64,000 nt of DNA from an uncultured virus (IMG/VR IMGVR_UViG_3300042881_000982) (lineage: Duplodnaviria > Heunggongvirae > Uroviricota > Caudoviricetes), in the IMG/VR virus record IMGVR_UViG_3300042881_000982; one strand, 5' to 3'. Every line of letters starts with the position of its first letter. The stretch's first letter is position 1. A program made the translations under genes and the position numbers. Below, one piece after another: positions 9,080 to 18,677 of this stretch. The notes beneath the pieces were generated by a model, which did not search any database, was not told where the DNA came from, and saw only the letters and a program-made list of their open reading frames with translations.

Positions 9080-9574
9080 TCACCCATAATAGACGGTGAG
9101 GCTGGTCTGGTTAGCAATCTGGGCATAAATTCCATTTCGCGCCACAATACCTTCACCGGGAATTAACAATGTAACAACGTCATTGCTAGCGTTGGTGTCG
9201 AAAGACATCAACCACCGAGTGTTATAACTGCAAGCCGTACCCGGAGCTACCGTACCTGAGTTAAGGTCATTCACAGTGAACGCGTTGGTAGTTGCCGTCT
9301 GGACGATATAGTTGCCGTTAGTAGCCCCAGCAGCACCAAAGGAAAGACCCACACCCTGTCCGGGCAGTAAGCCATGGGCATTGCTGGCTACCGTGATGGT
9401 GTTCCCAGAACGGCCATAAGTAGCCGATGTCTGTGCAACGGTGGAGTCCCAGATATTTATCGTACCTGCTACGTTAGTGCCCGTACCGATAACCCCTTTG
9501 AGACGCGTGCGCTCAGGGACCATCAAACCAGATTGGTTAAGATGCGCGGATAAGACGTCTGTTTGCATGGCCAT
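9080..9574 (-). CDS. Virion structural protein
   Basis: 164 aa beta-rich protein in the head gene cluster; GGAGG RBS. Confidence 0.6.
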   Translation of the reverse strand: MAMQTDVLSAHLNQSGLMVPERTRLKGVIGTGTNVAGTINIWDSTVAQTSATYGRSGNTITVASNAHGLLPGQGVGLSFGAAGATNGNYIVQTATTNAFTVNDLNSGTVAPGTACSYNTRWLMSFDTNASNDVVTLLIPGEGIVARNGIYAQIANQTSLTVYYG

Positions 9575-9592
9575 AGCCCTCCTGTTGAGCTA

Positions 9593-9904
9593 TTACGAAG
9601 CAGTCGTTACGGCAATCCAAGTGGTGCCGCCATCCGAGACGTATAACCGTGTCGAAGTAGACGAGCCATCGCTGCGCAGATAGAGCGAACCCTTGGCGGC
9701 AGCTACGGTTGGAGCGCCTGAACCAAAGTATACGCCCATGCCAGCAGCCGTGTTGGTGCCGGTGAAAGCAGCAGCGCCGCCAGCCGTAAGAGCCGAGCCG
9801 CTTAGAGCAGCGACACTACCGGTAGCCGTAATGGTTGTAGCCGAAACAGCGCCTTCGAAGCCGTTCTGCGAGACGACTGGACCTGAAAAAGTTGTAGTAC
9901 CCAT
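9593..9904 (-). CDS. Capsid fibre / decoration protein
   Basis: MGTTTFSGPVVSQNGF N-terminus typical of genes following the capsid gene; GGAG RBS. Confidence 0.55.
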   Translation of the reverse strand: MGTTTFSGPVVSQNGFEGAVSATTITATGSVAALSGSALTAGGAAAFTGTNTAAGMGVYFGSGAPTVAAAKGSLYLRSDGSSTSTRLYVSDGGTTWIAVTTAS

Positions 9905-9919
9905 GATAATATCTCCGTG

Positions 9920-9986
9920 TAGTAGCACTTGTACGTACCGTCTCTACTATGTCTGCTAGGGCAGTCGGTACGAATTAATCACCTAG
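9920..9986 (-). ncRNA. Structured pseudoknotted RNA downstream of the gpT-like capsid gene (candidate Mu-gpT-DE motif)
   Basis: Three interleaved pairings: CUAGG/CCUAG, CGUACCG/CGGUACG, UAGUAG/CUACUA; lies just after the capsid terminator. Confidence 0.6.
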
Positions 9987-10006
9987 ATGCGTTAGGTATA
10001 ACACCT

Positions 10007-10043
10007 AAAAGAAAAGAGGGGAAGCAGTTTCCCACTTCCCCTC
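10007..10043 (-). terminator. Rho-independent terminator after major capsid gene
   Basis: GAGGGGAAGUGG-GAAA-CUGCUUCCCCUC followed by UUUUCUUUU. Confidence 0.85.
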
Positions 10044-10054
10044 CCCCTGTTTCC

Positions 10055-10966
10055 TTAGGCAGCGCCTTCGGAACCGTACATGCCGAGTGGATCGGACCAG
10101 CCGAAGCTGTAACGCTCGCGAGCCTTGTAACGGACGTTGCCCGTATCAAAGTCACCGTCCATGCTGTTTTGCATAGGCGTACGAACGAAGTGCTTCAGGC
10201 CATTTGGCACGTCGGTGGTCAAGAACCACGCATCCGTGTCGGTCAAGAAGTGGTTAACAGTGTAACCTTCTGGGATCGAGCCATTCGACTTAAGCGCGTT
10301 GATGTCGTTGTCAGCCGTCGAAACGCGAAGTTCGGTTTCGAGCAAACGAGTAGCAACAAACATCAGGCTTGGCGGAACTACCAGCTTACGCGGTTTAGCC
10401 GCGATGAGCAGGCCACGTTCATCCGTCCACGCAGCAATCTGAATTACAGCCGCTTCAAGCGACGTTTCATTCAAATCAGCGGCTGTAGTTGGGATGTTCG
10501 AGTTGGTGCCACCAGAGACGAGCGGGTGAGCGTTCGAGAACAACGGTTGACCATCGCCACCGGCATAGTCGGTGTCGAAGCCATTGTTCAGGATTGCAGC
10601 AGCCTTAGTCTGCTTGGTGTACGCCATGGCACGAGCCAAAGCCTTTGTGTAACGCGACGACAAAGAGTCGTACAAGTTATCTTCAATCGCTTCTTCCGTG
10701 AGCGAGAACCCGAGGGCAATCGTTTCGTGGTTGTAGCGAGCAGTGAAGACTTCCTGCGCGTTGTCATAGGCGATAGCAGAACCTTCGTTCTTGACCGGAG
10801 CAGCGGAGAAACCCGACAGCTTCGTTTCTTCTTCGAACGAACGCTCAGAGCTTTCGGTTTCGAAAATCTCTTTGTGCTCTTCGCCGTAGCGTGCGTATTC
10901 CAGACCAAACAAAGCGTTCAGACCGGGCAATAGCTCCTTAAGGAGTTGTGCGCGTGAAATTGCCAT
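10055..10966 (-). CDS. Major capsid protein (Mu gpT-like family)
   Basis: MAISRAQLLKELLPGLNALFGLEY...YNHETIALGFSLTEEAIEDNLY...DFDTGNVRYKARERYSFG; biased codons; terminator downstream. Confidence 0.9.
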   Translation of the reverse strand: MAISRAQLLKELLPGLNALFGLEYARYGEEHKEIFETESSERSFEEETKLSGFSAAPVKNEGSAIAYDNAQEVFTARYNHETIALGFSLTEEAIEDNLYDSLSSRYTKALARAMAYTKQTKAAAILNNGFDTDYAGGDGQPLFSNAHPLVSGGTNSNIPTTAADLNETSLEAAVIQIAAWTDERGLLIAAKPRKLVVPPSLMFVATRLLETELRVSTADNDINALKSNGSIPEGYTVNHFLTDTDAWFLTTDVPNGLKHFVRTPMQNSMDGDFDTGNVRYKARERYSFGWSDPLGMYGSEGAA

Positions 10967-10978
10967 TAGTCAGTCTCC

Positions 10979-11584
10979 TTACACGCCAGTAGGGTTGAGA
11001 TACTGGTGCATCCCCTGATTCCACTTGACGATAACTTCGGTGTAAGAACCGGGGTTACCCGCCAGAGCGGTTTCAGGAACAACATCAATAACGCGAATCG
11101 GCCACGTCGAAGTGGTGTTAGTCGCGGCAGTGATGGCCACCTGTGAATTGCCAGTAATGGTCGAGCCTGTGTTCTGGGCCAAAACAGCGTTGTTACCGAC
11201 CGAAGTACGGTTGACAGAGCTAATCGTGGTCGAGTTGAAGGCCGTCACAACGGCACACTTGAACAGAGCGTCCGGATCGTCTTGCACGTATGCAACAACG
11301 TCGGAGATGTTCGTCGTACCGGGGTAGTACTGACGGAAGGTTTTCCCGAACACCGGATCGGTGTACGAGCAACCAAGGAACACGCCGACTGGCGTGGCGG
11401 CAGTTGTGCCGGTGTCTTTAGCCAAAGTACCCGTGTCGGCCAGCTTTACGACGTCACCATAAAAAATGGCAGTCGAAGAATTGGTCGCAATAGGAATCTG
11501 GCGTGTAGCACCTGCAAACACCTGCCCACCGATCAAATTGATCGGGATCAGCCCATAGGGGGCTGAAACAGAAGGATATGCCAT
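10979..11584 (-). CDS. Head decoration / minor capsid protein
   Basis: 201 aa, APYGLIP, IFYGDVV, GVFLGCSYTDP; immediately upstream of the capsid gene. Confidence 0.65.
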   Translation of the reverse strand: MAYPSVSAPYGLIPINLIGGQVFAGATRQIPIATNSSTAIFYGDVVKLADTGTLAKDTGTTAATPVGVFLGCSYTDPVFGKTFRQYYPGTTNISDVVAYVQDDPDALFKCAVVTAFNSTTISSVNRTSVGNNAVLAQNTGSTITGNSQVAITAATNTTSTWPIRVIDVVPETALAGNPGSYTEVIVKWNQGMHQYLNPTGV

Positions 11585-11602
11585 TGTTTCTAAGCTCCTA
11601 GC

Positions 11603-12052
11603 TTATTTGCCTCTACCAAATGACGTCGATGACTTCTTCTCGCGGAAGAGAGGCATACGAGCGTCGTTCTCTCTCATGAAGTTGTTGTCCACGGATTCGA
11701 TCTGGTCACGGTTCTTGTTAGCGTAATAACGCTTACGTTGAGCCATGAACTCTTCAGGAATCTTACAGAGCAGCAACCCACCCATTTCAATGCTGTCCTT
11801 AAAGCGGCTGTTAGGATCGGCGAGAAAGCTGAGCTTGGGCTGCTCCTCAATCCGTACCGGTTCCCATCCCTCGCGGAACTTGGCTGAGACGTTTTTGGCG
11901 TCTGACTGCTCCATCGTTGAAGTGCGAATCCACTTATATGAGTACCCGGGCTGCTTTTCAGGCTCAGGAAGCCCTGCTGCCGGTGCCCACGACTCAGGTC
12001 GCTTCGCGCTCGTACGATCTTCGTGCTCACGTGCTATTCTAGTTTCTGCCAT
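11603..12052 (-). CDS. Conserved head-module protein
   Basis: Likely start ATG 12052 (MAETRIAR); YKWIR, REGWEPV, GGLLLCKIP. Confidence 0.65.
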   Translation of the reverse strand: MAETRIAREHEDRTSAKRPESWAPAAGLPEPEKQPGYSYKWIRTSTMEQSDAKNVSAKFREGWEPVRIEEQPKLSFLADPNSRFKDSIEMGGLLLCKIPEEFMAQRKRYYANKNRDQIESVDNNFMRENDARMPLFREKKSSTSFGRGK

Positions 12053-12053
12053 T

Positions 12054-13007
12054 TTAACGCTCCATCTTCGCAAATTCACGAGCATATTGCTCGGGGGTTA
12101 AGCCCAGTTTCTTAGCTATTGATAGCTGAGACTGTTTAAGTACAATCTTTTTGGAGGACGTACTTCGGGAAGCTGGTGCGACTACATTGGCAGCCTTCGA
12201 TTGCCGTGAAGCTCTCGCAGTGCCTTCGGTCGCTTTGGACTCGTCTCCGAAATATTCCGGAAAACGACGACGCATCGTTGTGTCGATAGCGCCCCAATAT
12301 TCGTCGGTGCCCACAAACTGCGGACCACGTTCTTTCTCAAGCTTCTGGTGAAGCCCAAGCGCTGATGCAGTCATCTCCGGATCAGTACCCCACCACATAT
12401 TGCGCTCTTGCCACGCAACTGTTTTCTGGTCTGGTCGCGGGATTTGCACCTGCGGTTGAGCAAGTTGTACATCTTCCCCTACGTCTTGTAAAGTAGGTCT
12501 ATACCCAGCAAGCTGTTGCAGCTTGTATTGGGCTTCGGTTAGCTTCTGCTGCGCGTCTAAAACGCGATCAGTATCACCAGCTTCGTAAGCATCCTTATAC
12601 TCACGTTTGGCCTGTGCAAGCTCGAACTCAGCGTTCTGCTTGAAGCTACCAACCAGTGTCTGTTCGCCCTCAGAAAGGGTAGATTTCAACCGGCGGTTTT
12701 CTTCGAGGAGGCGCTGCGCTGCGTTGAGAGCTTCTGTCTGCTCACGCATGACACGCTCTTTCTCACGGCGCTCGTCGTGCCAAACCTTCTTCATCTGCTT
12801 AAGGCGGATTTTAACCTTCTCGGAGTATTCTTCGAGTTCGTCAGCCTCAAGCTCATCAACGACTTCCTTTGGCATAGGCTCGCGCCCACGATCCGCCTCA
12901 GGGGTATCGTCTTCAACGTCGATATCAGGCTCGTTGCCTTCGTCGGAAACAGGGGTTTCGTCTTCGGCTTCCCACTGGAAGTCGTCATCATTTGGCTCTG
13001 CTGCCAT
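12054..13007 (-). CDS. Scaffolding protein
   Basis: Acidic N-terminus, long coiled coil, C-terminal IAKKLGLTPEQYA; between portal and capsid genes. Confidence 0.7.
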   Translation of the reverse strand: MAAEPNDDDFQWEAEDETPVSDEGNEPDIDVEDDTPEADRGREPMPKEVVDELEADELEEYSEKVKIRLKQMKKVWHDERREKERVMREQTEALNAAQRLLEENRRLKSTLSEGEQTLVGSFKQNAEFELAQAKREYKDAYEAGDTDRVLDAQQKLTEAQYKLQQLAGYRPTLQDVGEDVQLAQPQVQIPRPDQKTVAWQERNMWWGTDPEMTASALGLHQKLEKERGPQFVGTDEYWGAIDTTMRRRFPEYFGDESKATEGTARASRQSKAANVVAPASRSTSSKKIVLKQSQLSIAKKLGLTPEQYAREFAKMER

Positions 13008-13037
13008 ATTACTTCTCCTTTGTACGGTTGCCCGTTT

Positions 13038-13448
13038 TTACCCGCGAGAAATCCCGCGAGGGTCTTCCACGACGCCTTCAACCGCATCATCGTTAATGAT
13101 ACGGAATTGACGGCCATGAATTACGATACGTGTGCCCGCGTGCGGACGCACAAGAATGAAATCACCTTCCTTGCACCAAGGACCGCTTGGGAAGCGCTTC
13201 TCGTCAGCGTAGCAGTCTGGGCCGAGCTTTGCGGCATAGAGTACTGTGGCGAGCAGTTCTTCGTGGTGGATGGTTACTTCGGCTTTGATGATGCCACCCT
13301 CAGTGGTCTTCTCGATCTCAGGGATAGCGCACAGGATGCGATACCCAGAAGGCTCAGGAAGCTGCTTAGCGCGGTCTTCAAAGGCAAGCTCAGGGGCTGC
13401 ACCCACCTTGGGGATGGGACGCCCAGAAAGATCAACGAGATCAGTCAT
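13038..13448 (-). CDS. GroES-like co-chaperonin
   Basis: PSGYRIL...TEGGII...LGP...KEGDFIL...GTRI.I.G..FRIINDDAV pattern of Cpn10. Confidence 0.75.
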   Translation of the reverse strand: MTDLVDLSGRPIPKVGAAPELAFEDRAKQLPEPSGYRILCAIPEIEKTTEGGIIKAEVTIHHEELLATVLYAAKLGPDCYADEKRFPSGPWCKEGDFILVRPHAGTRIVIHGRQFRIINDDAVEGVVEDPRGISRG

Positions 13449-13635
13449 CGTCGTTCTCCAAGCGCTGTGCAGTATCCGCGAGGACGCTGGTCGCCATCAT
13501 CAAGCCACGGATGATCCCGCAGGCATATTTGTAATCGCCGTGATCCTTGGCACCGCCACGAGCGAGGTCGTCGCTCATAACCGTGATCTCTTCTTGGATT
13601 TTATCGGCGATGTGTTTTAGGACATCATTCCTCAT
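13441..13635 (-). CDS. Hypothetical protein
   Basis: 64 aa, YKYACGIIRGL; coupled to the portal gene. Confidence 0.65.
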   Translation of the reverse strand: MRNDVLKHIADKIQEEITVMSDDLARGGAKDHGDYKYACGIIRGLMMATSVLADTAQRLENDDD

Positions 13636-16115
13636 TCATTTTCCTTCGGTTGCTGGGTTGGAGAAACAGGGGGTTTTGCAGCTTGGAACTGTTCGCGGGC
13701 AACTTCTATGCCCATACGAAGTCCTTCCATCTGCTCCTTGGCGGACAAGCTAGCCTCATCCGTTGCAATCTTGGCCCCAACTTGGAGGCCAGCGATTTCT
13801 TCTTGTGACTCGATGCGCGCCATCTCAAGGTCGAGACGGTCGTTCTTCTCAGCGGCGTCGATCTGCATCTTCTGCCTCTTGAGTTCGAGTTCACCTTTTT
13901 TAATCTCAAGCTCCTGCATTTGCATTTGGACGATTGGGTCCTGCTGCATCTGTTGGTTCTGCTGCTGTTGAGCTTCAGCTTGGTTCTTTTGAAGGAGTTG
14001 CGATGAGGCTGCTGCGGCCAGACGCGAAATCGCAAGCTCAGTGTTCTCATCCATCTCAGCGTTGGGCGGAGGCAGCGGCACACCGGCCTGCTCTTCGACC
14101 TGCTTGCGATACTCGAAGGCTAAGTGTTCTGCTATATGTGCCTGCATGGCAGCTTGCATAGCCTGCGCGTTGGGGTTCTGACCCATAAGCTGCGCGACCT
14201 TGGGGTCTTGCATCGCGTTCATATGCACCTGAATATGTGCTTCATGGTCTTGGTAGATAAACGCCTTGACTGGCTTACCGTTGATGACGTCCATGTTCTC
14301 AGACACAGGGTCACGCGGCTTCATGTCGTCACCGTCCTTGAGTGGTACGAGCTTCTCAGCGTTCTTGATCCCGAGCACCTCAAGCATCTGGCGATGCAGG
14401 TATGGCATGTCGTAAAGCTGCGGCGCGCCTTGTGCGAGTTGCAGAACTGCTTGATATTGCACAATCTTCTGTGCCATCGTCGCAGCGTTGGGGTCGCTGA
14501 CAGGGATGACCGTGACCATGTCATAGTCAGATTTCTTGGCCTTGCGGCTGCCTTCTTCCGGCTCGTAGTTATATTCTTCTGGCGTATAATCCGCGATGAT
14601 AACCTTGAGGAGCTTGAACTCCTGCTTCATCGAATAGTGGATGCGTGCCTGAATAGCCGACATGGTCTTGAGCGTGCGCTCAAGGATCGCCAGAGTGGTG
14701 CCGACAGGGGCTTGCCCCGACATGTCAGAGACCTGCAAATCAGCCGCAGAGGCGAAGCGACGGCCTTCCTCTACGATTGTACCGAGGAGTGAATAAAGGA
14801 CCTGTGATGGCTCCTTATAGGGCAACGGCATGATGTTATCACGCATTGTGCCTGAAGCGACGTCCACATCGCGCCATTCAGCAGGCGCAATCGGCGTATC
14901 GTCACCCTTTACCCGAAGACCTTTAGTTTTGAAGCCACCCGGTAGATTAGATAGAGTACCAGCATCAACAAGCTGCCGAATAAGGCTGGTACCAGACTTA
15001 GCAAAAGCACCAACAAGGTGAATAAGGCCAAAAGCGTAGAAGCCAAAGCCCGGAACGTATCCATAATGTACGAAATGGTTGCGTTTCTTTTTAAGGTCAT
15101 CCTCGGGGTCCCAGTTACGACGGATAGACAGGATTGTTTCGGTCGCCTTGTCCATGGTCACGACATAAGGGACAGCAATCTCAGCTTCAGCCTCGTCTTC
15201 AGCAAATTTGTCGTCCGGTAGGACCAAATCGACGTGCATTTCGAGCAATTTGTACCTGTCATCGGAAGAGGCTCGGAAGCCCATCTTCTCAGCGATAGCC
15301 TTCTCGATGTCGTCGAGCGTATCAACAGGCTCAGGCAGGTCTACATCACGGTAAAAGCCCGACGCTTGGAGCTTTTTAAGCTCGTTCGGGGTCTTCCGCA
15401 TCACATGGGTGACACGTCCAGCGACTTCCAAACTGGACGCGCCATAAGGCACCACGACATCTTCTGCCGGGATATACATCGACGCCTGACGACCGAGTGA
15501 TGGATCGAAATACACCTTCTTGAACGCGTTTCCTGCGAGGCCCAACCCCCACAACATGCGTTCGTGCTCAGGGCGATACTCGACCATCACATCGGTCAAC
15601 TGGTAATTCATATCATCTTGGACACGCTGCGCGGCATCACGCTTTTCAGACGTTTCTTTACCGATAATCTCCGTGCGCACTGGCCCAGCGGCAGGGAATG
15701 TCTCCATCATGGTCTCAGCTTGGAACTTTACCAAAGCTTCGGAGAGGAGCGGGTGGTAGACGCCGCAGGCACCCGGCCAAGGCTCAGTCCGGTCTTCGAC
15801 CTTCATACCAAGCAGTTCGAGACCATCGACGTAGGTCTGTATCCAGTCCTTGCGGCTCGACAGGTCTTCCTCAAATTCACCCAACAGGTCGCCCGCAAGC
15901 TGCGTAAGCTGGCCTTCATCAAGGTCTTCGGCCAAGTTCTCATTGAACTCGTCGTTTTCTTCCTCATCAGGGTCGATTTCGATCTCCATATCGCCAGAAC
16001 GGATGGTTACTTCCTCTGGGTCTTCGATCTCAATCTCGATATCAGGCTCTTGGCCCATCATATCTTCAGGTGAAAGGCCAAGCGGCGCTTGGTTGAGGGC
16101 CTTGTCGATGTCCAT
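13632..16115 (-). CDS. Portal protein (P22-like)
   Basis: 827 aa after terL; AGNAFKKVYFD, LVDAGTLSNLPGG, Gln-rich C-terminal coiled coil. Confidence 0.85.
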   Translation of the reverse strand: MDIDKALNQAPLGLSPEDMMGQEPDIEIEIEDPEEVTIRSGDMEIEIDPDEEENDEFNENLAEDLDEGQLTQLAGDLLGEFEEDLSSRKDWIQTYVDGLELLGMKVEDRTEPWPGACGVYHPLLSEALVKFQAETMMETFPAAGPVRTEIIGKETSEKRDAAQRVQDDMNYQLTDVMVEYRPEHERMLWGLGLAGNAFKKVYFDPSLGRQASMYIPAEDVVVPYGASSLEVAGRVTHVMRKTPNELKKLQASGFYRDVDLPEPVDTLDDIEKAIAEKMGFRASSDDRYKLLEMHVDLVLPDDKFAEDEAEAEIAVPYVVTMDKATETILSIRRNWDPEDDLKKKRNHFVHYGYVPGFGFYAFGLIHLVGAFAKSGTSLIRQLVDAGTLSNLPGGFKTKGLRVKGDDTPIAPAEWRDVDVASGTMRDNIMPLPYKEPSQVLYSLLGTIVEEGRRFASAADLQVSDMSGQAPVGTTLAILERTLKTMSAIQARIHYSMKQEFKLLKVIIADYTPEEYNYEPEEGSRKAKKSDYDMVTVIPVSDPNAATMAQKIVQYQAVLQLAQGAPQLYDMPYLHRQMLEVLGIKNAEKLVPLKDGDDMKPRDPVSENMDVINGKPVKAFIYQDHEAHIQVHMNAMQDPKVAQLMGQNPNAQAMQAAMQAHIAEHLAFEYRKQVEEQAGVPLPPPNAEMDENTELAISRLAAAASSQLLQKNQAEAQQQQNQQMQQDPIVQMQMQELEIKKGELELKRQKMQIDAAEKNDRLDLEMARIESQEEIAGLQVGAKIATDEASLSAKEQMEGLRMGIEVAREQFQAAKPPVSPTQQPKENE

Positions 16116-17668
16116 TAATAATACCCCTGATTACGGTTTGACCTGAAATACTGGATTTCGTCCGGTTCGTCTAGCGTAGTAGTCACATAGCCTCCACGAC
16201 GGAAGCGGTGCATCGCCATAGACACCGTATCGACATAGTCATCGTGGGTACCTGCGGGAAATTCTGCAACTTCATCAATCACTTCTTCGGCCCACCGAGT
16301 TGCAGGTGCCCACACCCGTCCAGAGGCAAACAGGTCGCTCACAGCGTTCAATCGGGAGATTTTGTCGTTCCCCCGTGTAGGTGTAAACTCTTGTACCGGT
16401 ATCCCCATCGCCCTCATCTCGTAGATCAAAGGTGCACCGGAAGCCTTTTTCTCGATTATCACACTGTCGGGGTCCCACTCTTTATACTCCTCGACTGCTA
16501 CTTGCTTAAGCTGTGGGAACTCCATGCGGTCTCGGAAGGCATTTAGGAGGATGATGTTGGCTTGGTCGTTGCCTGCGTCGTCAGGGTGATAAAACACGCC
16601 CCATGTTGTGCACGCTGAATAGTCGGCACGTTGCGTCTTCTCGAAGGCTGTATCCCATGCCATGAGGATAAAGTCGCACTGGGGCGGCGTTTCCTTCGGC
16701 CACTCCTGCCACCACTCACGTTTGACGATAGCCGCGCTCTCGGAGATGGGGTTTTGTTGGTACTGCGCCATCCACTTGCTGTTGGGGACGTCGCGCTTAA
16801 CCTTCTCAAGTTCCTCAAGCTCCCAGAACTCAGGCCACAACGGCTTCTCCGAAGGCAGAATTGCTGGAAATTCAATGACTTCCCACTCACCGAGGCTGTC
16901 ATTAGCAGCCGCATCCTTGAGAATCTGTCCGGTCAGGTCTCTTTTAGACCAACGTGTCATCACGACGACGATAGACCCACCCGGCTGGAGACGCTGACGA
17001 GGCCCAGAAGTGTACCACTCGTAGGTCTTATCATAGATGTCGGGGTTAACTTCGGCGATAGCCGCTTCCTGCTCGGAGTGCGGATCGTCAATAATTAGCA
17101 CGTCAGCACCCTTACCGGTCACGGCACCACCGATACCGATAGCAAAGTAATCCCCGCCTTTGCTTGTGTTCCATCGGCCAGCCGCCTTGGAGTCCGAGGC
17201 CAGCGAAAGGTCGGGGAAAATGTTATGGTAAGTATCTGTATCTACAAGGTTTCTTACCTTACGACCAAAGCCTACCGCAAGCTCTGCGGTGTGGGAGCAT
17301 TGGATGATCTTTTTATGAGGGTATTTGCCGAGGAACCATGCAGGTAGCAGGTAAGAGGCGAACTCCGACTTTGTGTGTCGCGGTGGCATATTAATAATGA
17401 GCCGTTTGCACTCACCACGAGCAACGCGCTCGAAGGCATCAGCCATTTTTGCATGGTGCCTACCCCCAATAAATGTCGGCCACACTTCCTTGACGAACCC
17501 GAGGAACTTATCTTGGGCAGCCTGCTTGGCTTTTAGCTCCTGAAGCTTATCCAACTCTGCCAGCAGCTTCTCCTGCTCGTGTACAGGTAGCATAGGCAGG
17601 ATTCTTGGCAGATCAGCCAGACTGATCTCGTTGATTGTCTTGATGTTGGGCCGACCGCGCTGTGCCAT
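16115..17668 (-). CDS. terL: Terminase large subunit
   Basis: RLIINMPPRHTKS (Walker A), LIIDDP (Walker B), MTRW, AWDTA nuclease motif, HDDYVD. Confidence 0.93.
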   Translation of the reverse strand: MAQRGRPNIKTINEISLADLPRILPMLPVHEQEKLLAELDKLQELKAKQAAQDKFLGFVKEVWPTFIGGRHHAKMADAFERVARGECKRLIINMPPRHTKSEFASYLLPAWFLGKYPHKKIIQCSHTAELAVGFGRKVRNLVDTDTYHNIFPDLSLASDSKAAGRWNTSKGGDYFAIGIGGAVTGKGADVLIIDDPHSEQEAAIAEVNPDIYDKTYEWYTSGPRQRLQPGGSIVVVMTRWSKRDLTGQILKDAAANDSLGEWEVIEFPAILPSEKPLWPEFWELEELEKVKRDVPNSKWMAQYQQNPISESAAIVKREWWQEWPKETPPQCDFILMAWDTAFEKTQRADYSACTTWGVFYHPDDAGNDQANIILLNAFRDRMEFPQLKQVAVEEYKEWDPDSVIIEKKASGAPLIYEMRAMGIPVQEFTPTRGNDKISRLNAVSDLFASGRVWAPATRWAEEVIDEVAEFPAGTHDDYVDTVSMAMHRFRRGGYVTTTLDEPDEIQYFRSNRNQGYY

Positions 17669-18270
17669 TAGGCGTCATCGTCCTCTTCTTCAGGTGCGGG
17701 GGTCACGTTGCGCGTGTAGACGCCCAGTTCCTCGTCGAGGTCCATACCGGTGGGGTTCACATCTATAACGTCGGCGTTTAGTAACCGTTTGATGCGCTCC
17801 TTGATCTGGGCTTCGAGAGCATCGGGACTATTATAGTTGATGGTGATCTCGCTGCGCTCGGTGAACAAGGAGATATCTGAGTGTTTACCAAGCAGTTCCA
17901 AGGCTTTTAGCTCGTACTTCGTGTCCCCGCAGTTCGCGATTTCGAGAAGTTTGTTTGTTAAGGCGGCGCGCACTTGGTGCACATCGAACGCCAGATTCTG
18001 TCCATAGGTCTTGAGGAAGCCAGATGCTGCGAGGGCGGTGCTGTAATTTTTGAGCGGAGCGGTCGCTTGCTTCTTTGCCACAGCGTCGATCAACGCTTTT
18101 TCTCTGTCGAGGGTGGCTGGGTCTATTTCCAACGGAGCGCCAAGGGTCTCCAATAGCTCTGCCGTGTTCGCCGCGACCGTTATCTCATCCATGAAGGTGT
18201 CGAGTTGGTCAGGTTCCAAACTAAACGGAACCGGATGATCGGTACTAGGTTCGATTTTTACAACAGGCAT
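17668..18270 (-). CDS. Probable terminase small subunit
   Basis: Likely start ATG 18270 (MPVVKIEP); first late gene, coupled to terL; KALELLGK motif. Confidence 0.55.
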   Translation of the reverse strand: MPVVKIEPSTDHPVPFSLEPDQLDTFMDEITVAANTAELLETLGAPLEIDPATLDREKALIDAVAKKQATAPLKNYSTALAASGFLKTYGQNLAFDVHQVRAALTNKLLEIANCGDTKYELKALELLGKHSDISLFTERSEITINYNSPDALEAQIKERIKRLLNADVIDVNPTGMDLDEELGVYTRNVTPAPEEEDDDA

Positions 18271-18301
18271 GTGGCGCAGCGTCCGGTTTGAGGGAGCAGA
18301 A

Positions 18302-18335
18302 CTTGCATATACCCCCCTATATGCAAGCACGTCAA
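18302..18335 (-). promoter_or_regulatory. Late-operon sigma70-like promoter overlapped by an inverted repeat
   Basis: TTGACG (18335-18330), 17-18 nt spacer, (G)TATATG; inverted repeat CTTGCATATA-C6-TATATGCAAG at 18302-18327. Confidence 0.55.
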
Positions 18336-18586
18336 GGTACCATTGACGGGGGGTGTTTCCTGAGCGCCGGATTGACGGTGTATGGCTGGAAAAATGAGGG
18401 GGGTGGGGGGTCATTTTTGAAACCGTGTGATATTTTGAGCATATTATTATGTATACGGGAGCGGTGACATTTCTCTGTAGTTTGGGGGGTTGGGGGTAGG
18501 TAGGGTTCGGCAAGGCTCAATTCGCAATCCCCCCGCCCCCCTTGCTTTGCGCGCCCTCACCCTGCCCCCGTTTCGGTCGCGCCTAG

Positions 18587-18600
18587 CTTACCCGAGTAAG
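18587..18600. promoter_or_regulatory. Palindromic CTTACCCGAGTAAG site, copy 1 of 7
   Basis: Same 14-mer at 20039, 20156, 20544, 21372, 26222; one-mismatch copy at 21973. Confidence 0.8.
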
Positions 18601-18648
18601 CAAAGCCTCACCCTATCGCCCCGCCTTGCACCTAGCACGCTAGGGCGC

Positions 18649-18677
18649 TTGACATTGTATAGTTATTCGGGCAGAAC
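18649..18677 (+). promoter_or_regulatory. Early promoter (TTGACATTGTAT family)
   Basis: Extended -35 TTGACATTGTAT identical to 20073 and 21897; weak -10. Confidence 0.6.

Noticed and set aside
9929..10933. 334-aa plus-strand ORF
   Set aside because: Antisense shadow of the major capsid gene with no RBS or recognisable motifs.
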